From a virus: a stretch of 64,000 nt of DNA. Below, in pieces: positions 9,079 through 16,060 of this stretch. Below the pieces are notes generated by a model. The model ran no database searches and was not told where the DNA came from. It worked only from the letters and a program-made list of their open reading frames with translations. Numbering within the stretch: position 1 is the first letter of the stretch; each line of letters starts with the position of its first letter. The stretch lies in IMG/VR virus record IMGVR_UViG_3300027759_000048; one strand, given 5' to 3'. Both the position numbers and the translations under genes were made by a program.

Positions 9079-9402
9079 ATGATCAAAATTAAACGCAAAT
9101 CCCGCTCTGACCGTAAACATCTGATTTACTCGTTGTCTGTAAACAACAAAGAGTATATCGGAGTGACGTTTGTAGACAAAGGCCGCATTAATGCGTCCTT
9201 AACTCGCCGCTGGAATAAGCATGTCAACCGTGCCTTGAATGAAGACAAAGGCTGGAAGCTATGCACCGCTATCCGTAAACACGGTGCCGACTCGTTTACA
9301 GTTAGTGTCTTAGAGGTCGTCCGTGGCAAGTCTGCGGCCCATATAAGAGAGAGGGAACTAATCCGTGACCGTAAGCCCAAACTCAACACCGACGTCCGCT
9401 AA
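9079..9402 (+). CDS. Short GIY-YIG family protein
   Basis: LIYSL....EYIGVT, RRWNKH, AIRKHG...F, ERELI, LN. Confidence 0.75.
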   Translation: MIKIKRKSRSDRKHLIYSLSVNNKEYIGVTFVDKGRINASLTRRWNKHVNRALNEDKGWKLCTAIRKHGADSFTVSVLEVVRGKSAAHIRERELIRDRKPKLNTDVR

Positions 9403-9404
9403 GG

Positions 9405-9470
9405 TGCGTCAACTTGTCGCAGATGTTGCCAAACGATTGTCCTTGACTATTCCTCAAAACGTGGTATAAT
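9405..9470 (+). promoter_or_regulatory. Composite promoter copy 1: palindrome TGCGTCA-ACT-TGTCGCA, 21 nt, TTGACT-N16-TATAAT
   Basis: Same layout as 11066-11131 and 11810-11875. Confidence 0.8.
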
Positions 9471-9495
9471 GATTATATAAACGATGGAGATAGAC

Positions 9496-9753
9496 ATGAA
9501 AAACTTCGCTCAAAGCACCTTCAACCCAACGACCGACCACAATGCTCGGTTCACTAAAAAGAACCTAGTTCTTAACACTAACACGGTTGATGCGCTATTG
9601 ACCTACATTGAGAATGGTGGTACAATTACGGTATGTAAGCCTGGTCGTAGGAATACTGCTAACACCTCGTTTCCTCTAGTCAAGGGCACTGTCGCTAACC
9701 GTGGTGCTAAACAAGTCAACCTTACCTCTGCTGGCATCAAAGCGAAAGGCTAA
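9496..9753 (+). CDS. Hypothetical early protein
   Basis: SD GGAG; YIENGGTITVCKPG motif. Confidence 0.7.
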   Translation: MKNFAQSTFNPTTDHNARFTKKNLVLNTNTVDALLTYIENGGTITVCKPGRRNTANTSFPLVKGTVANRGAKQVNLTSAGIKAKG

Positions 9754-9756
9754 AAC

Positions 9757-9840
9757 ATGTTTGAACTTATCGTCCTTACTGTCTCGCTGGCTATTCCAGT
9801 TTCGTTCGCCCTTGTTGCTCTCTTATCTAACGAGGAATAA
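9757..9840 (+). CDS. Small hydrophobic peptide (27 aa)
   Basis: MFELIVLTVSLAIPVSFALVALLSNEE; fills the gap exactly; not in ORF track. Confidence 0.45.
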   Translation: MFELIVLTVSLAIPVSFALVALLSNEE

Positions 9841-9841
9841 C

Positions 9842-10027
9842 ATGTCGGAAGTTTATGCTGTGATATGGTCTGTGCCATATGAGGGTGAAAACCTTATGGG
9901 TGTGTTTTCGGACTACGTGAAAGCTCGCCGATACGTGCTGGATCAAAAAGACGAAAACTTAGAAATCCGTAAGCTAGAGTTGAACAAGGTATATGAAGAC
10001 ATGTTTATTGTTGGGGAGACTGTGTAA
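9842..10027 (+). CDS. Hypothetical protein (PYEG-motif paralog 1)
   Basis: SD GAGGA; VYAVIWSVPYEGENLMGVFS. Confidence 0.7.
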   Translation: MSEVYAVIWSVPYEGENLMGVFSDYVKARRYVLDQKDENLEIRKLELNKVYEDMFIVGETV

Positions 10028-10128
10028 TGTTCAAAGATGATGAACAAATGGTCCAGTGCTTTGCGCTGTTCGCAATCCTTGTCGGCCTCGCTTTTGGCGT
10101 TGGGCTTATCGCATACTTTGGAGAATGA
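10027..10128 (+). CDS. Small single-TM peptide (33 aa)
   Basis: TAATG coupling, SD GGAG; MFKDDEQMVQCFALFAILVGLAFGVGLIAYFGE. Confidence 0.55.
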   Translation: MFKDDEQMVQCFALFAILVGLAFGVGLIAYFGE

Positions 10129-10131
10129 TAA

Positions 10132-10347
10132 ATGGAAATGTCTGTATATGCTCTCTTTCATTGTATGCCTTATGAGGGTTCTTATCTTTTGGGCGCTTAC
10201 AAATATCTCTCTCAGGCTCAGGAAGCCGAATACGCCTATGGACTGGAAAATGCTGAGGTGGTGGATGGTCCTGAATGGACTGAGATCCGTGAGATCCTAT
10301 TAGGCGCTGCTCCTTCTTTTGATGCTGGCAAGATTGTGGAGGATTAG
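10132..10347 (+). CDS. Hypothetical protein (PYEG-motif paralog 2)
   Basis: VYALFHCMPYEGSYLLGAYK aligns with the 9842 ORF. Confidence 0.7.
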   Translation: MEMSVYALFHCMPYEGSYLLGAYKYLSQAQEAEYAYGLENAEVVDGPEWTEIREILLGAAPSFDAGKIVED

Positions 10348-10348
10348 T

Positions 10349-10555
10349 ATGAATAATGCCATTCACTTTGTAGGGTTCAAAGATAACCGTTATAACACAG
10401 CCGTCAAGGTGTTTGGAACTCCTGACTTTATTCATAGGTTATGGGATCTTCGTGCCGTTAATGAGGTTATGGAAAACGATATAGTTATATTTGCTGATAA
10501 AGATGAAACACAGGCAATTGAAACATTTGCCTATGATGACTCGGCAAACTTTTAA
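10349..10555 (+). CDS. Hypothetical protein
   Basis: SD GGAGG; IHFVGFK...AVKVFGTPDFIHRLWD. Confidence 0.7.
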   Translation: MNNAIHFVGFKDNRYNTAVKVFGTPDFIHRLWDLRAVNEVMENDIVIFADKDETQAIETFAYDDSANF

Positions 10556-10566
10556 GGAGATATAAA

Positions 10567-10737
10567 ATGGCTAAGGTAAAGACTTTTAATCTAACTATCT
10601 GGGCCGATGATGATGAGGAGTCTGATGCACACACTATTACATTTTATGGTATCTCAAGAATAGCGGCTTGTCGTTATATTGATTACTATCTAAAGGATCC
10701 AAATTATCTTACATGGTCAACTGTAGAAAACTATTGA
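10567..10737 (+). CDS. Hypothetical protein (56 aa)
   Basis: Strong SD AAGGAG; not in ORF track. Confidence 0.65.
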   Translation: MAKVKTFNLTIWADDDEESDAHTITFYGISRIAACRYIDYYLKDPNYLTWSTVENY

Positions 10738-10738
10738 T

Positions 10739-10813
10739 GTTCCGTGGGTCGGATGCTAAGGCGCAGGACTGCAAATCCTTGAGAACTCGGTTGAACTCCG
10801 GGACGGAACTCCA
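10739..10813 (+). tRNA. tRNA-Cys(GCA), atypical core
   Basis: Acceptor GTTCCGT/ACGGAAC, discriminator T, encoded CCA; anticodon loop CT-GCA-AA; T-loop TTGAACT. Confidence 0.85.
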
Positions 10814-10814
10814 T

Positions 10815-10891
10815 GGTCTGGTAGTTTAGTTGGTGAAAACATCGCCCTGTCACGGCGAAGACCACGGGTTCGAGTCCCGTCCAGATCGCCA
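10815..10891 (+). tRNA. tRNA-Asp(GTC)
   Basis: Cloverleaf; TCGCC-CTGTCAC-GGCGA; GGTTCGAGTCC; G73 + CCA. Confidence 0.95.
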
Positions 10892-10895
10892 ATTT

Positions 10896-10970
10896 GGTCC
10901 CATCGTCTAATGGTTAGGACAACGGCCTTTCACGCCGTCAATGCCGGTTCGAGTCCGACTGGGATCACCA
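10896..10970 (+). tRNA. tRNA-Glu(TTC)
   Basis: Cloverleaf; ACGGC-CTTTCAC-GCCGT; GGTTCGAGTCC; CCA. Confidence 0.93.
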
Positions 10971-10974
10971 ATAT

Positions 10975-11048
10975 GCGGAGGAAGTGTTACGGTAGCACGA
11001 TAGGCTTCCACCCTGTAAGCGTGGGTTCGACTCCCATCCTCCGCTCCA
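10975..11048 (+). tRNA. tRNA-Gly(TCC)
   Basis: GCGGAGG/CCTCCGC, U73 + CCA; ATAGG-CTTCCAC-CCTGT. Confidence 0.93.
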
Positions 11049-11065
11049 AGTTTACATACAGAGGG

Positions 11066-11131
11066 TGCGACAACTTGTCGCATCGTTGACAATTAGGTTT
11101 ACATTGACTTTTCCTATAGATGTGGTATAAT
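11066..11131 (+). promoter_or_regulatory. Composite promoter copy 2: TGCGACA-ACT-TGTCGCA, 21 nt, TTGACT-N16-TATAAT
   Basis: Perfect 7-3-7 inverted repeat at fixed distance from -35. Confidence 0.8.
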
Positions 11132-11160
11132 GATTATATAATCAGAAAGGAAATCTTAAT

Positions 11161-11394
11161 ATGAAACTTATCCCTCTTGGTTCAAACCAAAATCTCGTCC
11201 AACTCAATAGTGGAATCCAAGTTTTATTCTCTTACAAAACACCTGTCGCCGCTCATGTTCCTGGCGAAGGCTTCTTTAGAACCAATCACAATTGGTCTAG
11301 AACAACTAGTAAGCATATCAATAAGTGGCTTCGTGGTGCAATTGGTGTCGCTTCCGTTGATCAGTCTGTAATCGATAATATAGCGGGGTTGTAA
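11161..11394 (+). CDS. Small early phage protein
   Basis: VLFSYKTPVAA...WSRTTSKHINKWL motif. Confidence 0.75.
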   Translation: MKLIPLGSNQNLVQLNSGIQVLFSYKTPVAAHVPGEGFFRTNHNWSRTTSKHINKWLRGAIGVASVDQSVIDNIAGL

Positions 11395-11395
11395 G

Positions 11396-11572
11396 ATGTC
11401 CCTTGTTTATAAAGAAATTGAGAAACTGGTTATTGAGATTGTGTCCTCGCCAGGCATCCATTTTGATAAACAGGTTCATGAATATGTCAATAAGCGTTCT
11501 TCTGTTCCGGTTAATAAGGAGACAATTGAGTTTATAGTTGATAAGTGGTTTTCTCTTGGCAATCATCATTGA
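11396..11572 (+). CDS. Hypothetical protein (58 aa), paralog of the next gene
   Basis: VYKEIEKLVIEIVSSPGI...HEYVNKRSSVPVNKETIE aligns with the 11582 ORF; not in ORF track. Confidence 0.7.
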   Translation: MSLVYKEIEKLVIEIVSSPGIHFDKQVHEYVNKRSSVPVNKETIEFIVDKWFSLGNHH

Positions 11573-11581
11573 GGTAATAAA

Positions 11582-11785
11582 ATGTCTAGAATGTCTGACT
11601 TGTATCTTGAGGTTCAGGAGTTGGTTGTTGATGCCGTGAGCACTCCCGGCATTGTGATGGATACCGACGTTTTGAATTATGTGAATGATCGGTGTTCGGT
11701 TGAGGTCGATCTTGAAACTATCGAGGCAATCTTGGATAGTTTCTTCGGTGAGGATTTCTGGCCAGAGGGCGTTGTCATTCAATGA
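11582..11785 (+). CDS. Hypothetical acidic protein
   Basis: SD GAGGT; LYLEVQELVVDAVSTPGI...LNYVNDRCSVEVDLETIE. Confidence 0.7.
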   Translation: MSRMSDLYLEVQELVVDAVSTPGIVMDTDVLNYVNDRCSVEVDLETIEAILDSFFGEDFWPEGVVIQ

Positions 11786-11809
11786 CTGTAAACAGTTTAC
11801 ATCCAGGGA

Positions 11810-11875
11810 TGCGACAACATGTCGCACCTGTTGACAAACGATTTTCCTTGACATATTCCACAGACCTGCTATAAT
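11810..11875 (+). promoter_or_regulatory. Composite promoter copy 3: TGCGACA-ACA-TGTCGCA, 21 nt, TTGACA-N16-TATAAT
   Basis: Perfect inverted repeat with identical spacing. Confidence 0.8.
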
Positions 11876-11909
11876 ACGTTTATTGAATGGAAAAGAAAGG
11901 TGACTAATC

Positions 11910-12440
11910 ATGGGTATCAATGCTACAAAATATCGTGACCGTTATATCAAGCGTGCCGCTCGGGTTCTTCCTGCTATTCAGCCAGGTGTCCCGTTTACTC
12001 CCGAAGCTATCGACCAGATCGTCGGTGGTGAGTATAGTTCCAAGTTTGTGTTCTATCTCCGTGAGCTAGGGTTTGAGTTTAGTAATAACAAAGATGGTCG
12101 CAAGATTGTCTCCTACACTCTTATCAAAGAGCCTGCCGATGCTGCGGCTATTCGTGGTGCTACTGCTTCCGCTTCTCGTGGTGCTGCTAAGGCTCCTAAG
12201 GTTAAGGCTGCTAAGGTGGCTAAGCCTGCTAAGTCAACCAAGTCAATTGCTGAAATCAAGGCAGCTAATCTTGCCAAGCTAAAGGCTGTTGGTGCTAAAC
12301 AGACCAAGGTTGCAAAGCGTGTCCGTGAATACGATGATGTGACCGAGCAATTTGGTAACACTGGTGAGGTTGGTACCTCATTCAATGTTGACCGTGACTG
12401 GGATAGCATTGAAGGTCTTGATCTTCAGAAACTTCTCTAA
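11910..12440 (+). CDS. Putative DNA-binding protein (wHTH-like N-terminus + Ala/Lys/Pro-rich histone-like tract)
   Basis: YLRELGFEFSNNKDGRKIVSYTLI then AAKAPKVKAAKVAKPAK; strongly biased codons. Confidence 0.55.
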   Translation: MGINATKYRDRYIKRAARVLPAIQPGVPFTPEAIDQIVGGEYSSKFVFYLRELGFEFSNNKDGRKIVSYTLIKEPADAAAIRGATASASRGAAKAPKVKAAKVAKPAKSTKSIAEIKAANLAKLKAVGAKQTKVAKRVREYDDVTEQFGNTGEVGTSFNVDRDWDSIEGLDLQKLL

Positions 12441-12457
12441 TCTACAGGAGTGCTTCT

Positions 12458-12718
12458 ATGACTTATGCAACTATCCAAATCAATCTAACTGATATTGATG
12501 ACGATACTTTGATCGAGGAACTTGAACTACGTGACTATCAAGTTATGTTACCTGGTCAAACTGATGAAGATGTAGAGGCACTCCATCGCACATTAGATGA
12601 GATCCATAATCTCTATCAGGCTTTCATTTGCTGGAAAGACTTTTCTATGAAAGACTCCACATTTGAAAGTGACTTGAAAAAGTTTTTTGAGTCAACTATA
12701 GATATGAAGGTTCTCTAA
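12458..12718 (+). CDS. Hypothetical protein
   Basis: SD AGGAG. Confidence 0.65.
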   Translation: MTYATIQINLTDIDDDTLIEELELRDYQVMLPGQTDEDVEALHRTLDEIHNLYQAFICWKDFSMKDSTFESDLKKFFESTIDMKVL

Positions 12719-13092
12719 TGCGTCTTAAAGTGAAATATAAGAACTCGGCCTACAAGCCGGGTTCTCACTACGTTCCACAGCCTATGTATAACTATTACGA
12801 AGGTCGTGTGGTTGTTCCTAAGCCCAAATGGTTATCCGAATATGAGTTTATGTTAACCACTGGTGATTTAGATGCACCAGCCCGCATTCTTGATAAACGT
12901 GATATAGTGGAGGCATGGACAGGAAATGAAAACTTTGACGATGGTGTTACTCTCGTTCCTGGTGATAAGCGTTCCTACATTGTCACCAGAGGCAATTTTA
13001 ACCGCTATTCTTGCGATTGCACTGCCTTTAACTTCCGCAAACGTTGCAGCCACATTGATGAGGTGAAACATGACAAACGAGCAAGAAATTGA
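12718..13092 (+). CDS. SWIM zinc-finger protein
   Basis: YSCDCTAFNFRKRCSHI (CxC-x8-CxH). Confidence 0.8.
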   Translation: MRLKVKYKNSAYKPGSHYVPQPMYNYYEGRVVVPKPKWLSEYEFMLTTGDLDAPARILDKRDIVEAWTGNENFDDGVTLVPGDKRSYIVTRGNFNRYSCDCTAFNFRKRCSHIDEVKHDKRARN

Positions 13093-13195
13093 AAGCAAGA
13101 TTGCTGCTATGGAATTACTCTTACAGCAAGGCTATATCTCTCTCGCCAAGTATATTGAGTTCCTAAGAAACGTGAGGAAAAATGTCAAAGGTTGA
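13070..13195 (+). CDS. Small hypothetical protein (41 aa)
   Basis: SD GAGGTG; MTNEQEIESKIAAMELLL...; not in ORF track. Confidence 0.5.
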   Translation: MTNEQEIESKIAAMELLLQQGYISLAKYIEFLRNVRKNVKG

Positions 13196-13376
13196 ATACA
13201 TTGATCCGCCTGCTGGTTGGAAGTATGGCTTTCCCAAAGTTCTACCTGAGAATGTTACAGATACTATTCAATGGCTATTAGACAATGGTTATCCGCAATA
13301 TGAGATTGATCTGTGTGGTGATCATTTTTATTGTCGTCACTGGTACGAGGAAGTAGAAGATGACCGAACCTGCTAA
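13182..13376 (+). CDS. Hypothetical protein
   Basis: IDPPAGWKYGFPK...WLLDNGYP motif. Confidence 0.7.
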   Translation: MSKVEYIDPPAGWKYGFPKVLPENVTDTIQWLLDNGYPQYEIDLCGDHFYCRHWYEEVEDDRTC

Positions 13377-13539
13377 GAAAGAAAAACGTAGTGTGGTAAA
13401 CATTAAAGAAAAACTTTATGATCGTCTTGACGTTCTCCGAGCTTGCGTCATCGATGCGCCTGTTGATCGTTTAGACCATCACTTCCGAAACGAGATTGAG
13501 TTTCTGGAAGACATACTTGACTGGATCGAAAGGAACTGA
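13360..13539 (+). CDS. Hypothetical protein (59 aa)
   Basis: SD GAGGA; fills gap; not in ORF track. Confidence 0.55.
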   Translation: MTEPAKKEKRSVVNIKEKLYDRLDVLRACVIDAPVDRLDHHFRNEIEFLEDILDWIERN

Positions 13540-13543
13540 TATA

Positions 13544-13849
13544 ATGAGCAAGATTGTCCTAGTCGAAACTGTATCCACGTTTCGTCATGTGTATGCTGTT
13601 GAGTTGCCTGACAATGTTCCTAATGAATGGGCGCTTGACGATATTACAATGAATATTGGTAGTGATGAACCTGAGTTTGAGGAGTTCGGTCAGGAACATA
13701 TAGGTGAAACTATCTTGTCCCATCGTGTCATTGATGAGAAAGAATACCTGCGAGTATTCAATGAGGTTAGCAGTTATCTTTCTGAATGGACTGATGAAGA
13801 GAAAAAACGATTTATCTTCAAGAGCGAGGCACTTCCAAATGAGTCCTAA
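13544..13849 (+). CDS. Hypothetical protein
   Basis: MSKIVLVETVSTFRHVYAVE...EEFGQEHIGETI. Confidence 0.7.
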   Translation: MSKIVLVETVSTFRHVYAVELPDNVPNEWALDDITMNIGSDEPEFEEFGQEHIGETILSHRVIDEKEYLRVFNEVSSYLSEWTDEEKKRFIFKSEALPNES

Positions 13850-14165
13850 TCACGCCGCAAGATTGTTGATTATGTCAGCATACTTGTATTATCGTTGTGA
13901 TACAAACGTTATAGATGATGGTGAATATGATAAACTATCTTTGGCAGTTGCTAAAAACTGGGATAAACTGGATCCTCAATTACAATGGCAGTTGGTGGAC
14001 CCCGATGCTATTCGTGCTACTGGTAGTGGTATACTTATTACACAGATGGGCGTGAGTGCTGCCCTTGCCTGGTATAAAAACAAAGTAAGACGCAATCTAA
14101 ATGGTTGTGACATGGACTGGATTGGTCCACATCCAAAATACAAATGCTTATATGCGGTGATCTAA
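13839..14165 (+). CDS. Stand-alone NAD-dependent ligase domain Ia-like (Nlig-Ia) protein
   Basis: AYLYYRCDTNVIDDGEYDKL matches the YY-x5-ISD-x-EYD-x-L motif. Confidence 0.7.
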   Translation: MSPNHAARLLIMSAYLYYRCDTNVIDDGEYDKLSLAVAKNWDKLDPQLQWQLVDPDAIRATGSGILITQMGVSAALAWYKNKVRRNLNGCDMDWIGPHPKYKCLYAVI

Positions 14166-14719
14166 TGAATATCTTTTACATTGACAAAGATCCTAAACTA
14201 TGTGCCGAGTGGGCGGTTGATAGCCACTGTATCAAGATGATCCTTGAGGCTGCTCAATTGCTTTCTACTGCCCATCGTGTTCTTGATGGTATCGAATACA
14301 TTGACAAGACTGCTTCTGGTCGCAATGTAAAGCGTTGGCGATTACCAGACCAGCGTGATGGTCTTCTATACTCTGCTACACATATCAATCATCCGTCGGC
14401 CGTATGGGTTCGTCAGTCTAACAATAACTATAACTGGCTATGGTGCTATTTGGAAGAACACTGTGTAGAATACACATATCGTTATGGCAAGGTTCATAAA
14501 GTAGAATCCTCTGGTTTACATGATAGTCTTATCTCTGCTCCACACAATATACCAATTGGTCCCTTCACACAACCAACGCCAGCAATGGACTCTAAATACA
14601 TCATCTCAGAGGATGCGGTAATCAACTATCGCAACTACTACAAACATGGTAAGTCACATCTTCACAAGTGGAAGAAACGTGAGATGCCTTACTGGCTAGA
14701 AGATTATATGGGAGATTGA
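14165..14719 (+). CDS. Pyrimidine-dimer DNA glycosylase (DenV-like family)
   Basis: MNIFYID.DP..CA....D.H..KMILEAAQLLSTAH, THINHPSAVW, YRYGKVH, YRNYY. Confidence 0.82.
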   Translation: MNIFYIDKDPKLCAEWAVDSHCIKMILEAAQLLSTAHRVLDGIEYIDKTASGRNVKRWRLPDQRDGLLYSATHINHPSAVWVRQSNNNYNWLWCYLEEHCVEYTYRYGKVHKVESSGLHDSLISAPHNIPIGPFTQPTPAMDSKYIISEDAVINYRNYYKHGKSHLHKWKKREMPYWLEDYMGD

Positions 14720-14720
14720 T

Positions 14721-14921
14721 ATGCCTACATATTCGTTTCGCAACAAAGAGACGGGTGAAGAGTTTGACGCTTTTATGTCAATATCAGAGTTAGATAAGTA
14801 CCTAGAAGATCATCCACATTACGAAAAGTTATTGTCGGCACCGCATTTTATGGGCGCTCAAATGAACGGTGGTTTACTAAATAACAGAACATATGATCCC
14901 AAAGGAAAACGTGATGCCTAA
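14721..14921 (+). CDS. FmdB-like small protein, paralog 1
   Basis: MPTYSFRNKETGEEF..FMSISE. Confidence 0.65.
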   Translation: MPTYSFRNKETGEEFDAFMSISELDKYLEDHPHYEKLLSAPHFMGAQMNGGLLNNRTYDPKGKRDA

Positions 14922-15177
14922 TTATACATGGAAGAATAAAGAGACTGGTGAGGAACACACCAACTCAATGACTATGGCCGAACACGATGAATACACAAAG
15001 AACAATCCACATCTAGAGCAAGTTCTACGCAATTTCACGATGGTAGATCCAGTGAACATTGGCGTAACCAAACCCCCAAGTGATTTTCAAAAATATGTAT
15101 TAGGTAGGGTGAAAGAGAAAATGCCCGGCGCTACCGCAGTTGCTAACAAGCGTTGGGACATCCCAAAGGAGATTTAA
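14914..15177 (+). CDS. FmdB-like small protein, paralog 2
   Basis: MPNYTWKNKETGEEH...NNPHLEQ. Confidence 0.65.
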   Translation: MPNYTWKNKETGEEHTNSMTMAEHDEYTKNNPHLEQVLRNFTMVDPVNIGVTKPPSDFQKYVLGRVKEKMPGATAVANKRWDIPKEI

Positions 15178-15210
15178 CCCCTGTCCAACAACCCTTTCAA
15201 TCCCAAGTTT

Positions 15211-15252
15211 AGAAGCCGCTCCCGTAAAAAGGATGCGGCTTCTTCTGTTTGT
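15211..15252 (+). terminator. Probable intrinsic terminator/attenuator before phoH
   Basis: AGAAGCCGC...GCGGCTTCT 9-bp stem followed by TCTGTTTGT. Confidence 0.5.
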
Positions 15253-15291
15253 AATGACGAAGCGAACAACAATAAAAATAAAGGTAAGTAT

Positions 15292-16011
15292 ATGTCAAGA
15301 AAGCAGAGAAGAGCCAATAACCCACAGAAGCCTCAACATGACAACTTTGCACAGCATCACCACTTTGAATTGCGTCATATCCAGCCACTAACAGTAAACC
15401 AAGAAAGAGTGTGGGACGCATATCATTCTGGCGCTAATCTAATGCTTCACGGTTATGCCGGTACCGGTAAAACTTTTCTATCCTCATATCTAGCACTAAA
15501 CGAGGTAATATTAGAAGAGACATATAAAAAGGTTGTTATCATCCGCTCCGTTGTCCCTTCAAGAGACATGGGCTTCTTGCCTGGTTCACCAGCACAGAAA
15601 GCGGAAGTATATGAACAGCCATATCAAGAAATCTGTGACGATCTATTTGGTCGTGGTGATGGATGGCGTATATTGAAACTAAAGGGACTTGTAGAGTTTA
15701 CCACTACATCGTTTCTACGTGGCACTACATTTAATGATAGTATTATCATTGTTGATGAGTGTAATAATATGAACTTTCAAGAGATTGATACTGTTATGAC
15801 ACGTATTGGCAATAACTCTCGTATCATATTCTGCGGGGACTATCGCCAGGCCGATCTAACAAGACCCCACGATAAGAGTGGTATTCGTGAATTGATGGCT
15901 ATCACTAATCGTATGCCTTCATTTGACCATGTAGAATTTGGCATCGAAGACATCGTTCGCTCCGGTGTGGTCAAAGAGTATATCATTCAAAAGACAGAGA
16001 TGGGATTATGA
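15292..16011 (+). CDS. phoH: PhoH-like ATPase
   Basis: GYAGTGKT, RDMGFLPG, FLRGTTF, IVDECNN, TRIG, GDYRQAD, DIVRSG. Confidence 0.95.
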   Translation: MSRKQRRANNPQKPQHDNFAQHHHFELRHIQPLTVNQERVWDAYHSGANLMLHGYAGTGKTFLSSYLALNEVILEETYKKVVIIRSVVPSRDMGFLPGSPAQKAEVYEQPYQEICDDLFGRGDGWRILKLKGLVEFTTTSFLRGTTFNDSIIIVDECNNMNFQEIDTVMTRIGNNSRIIFCGDYRQADLTRPHDKSGIRELMAITNRMPSFDHVEFGIEDIVRSGVVKEYIIQKTEMGL

Positions 16012-16025
16012 TAGATTACATATTA

Positions 16026-16033
16026 CATAAATA
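16026..16033 (+). promoter_or_regulatory. T4-type late promoter (CATAAATA)
   Basis: Similar to TATAAATA; directly upstream of a structural-type gene. Confidence 0.6.
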
Positions 16034-16060
16034 GAAGTAATCTCATAGGAGTGGATAGTA

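Noticed and set aside
10907-11092. 61-aa minus-strand ORF
   Set aside because: Antisense to tRNA-Glu and tRNA-Gly
11318-11920. 200-aa minus-strand ORF
   Set aside because: Shadow of two paralogous plus-strand genes and a promoter module
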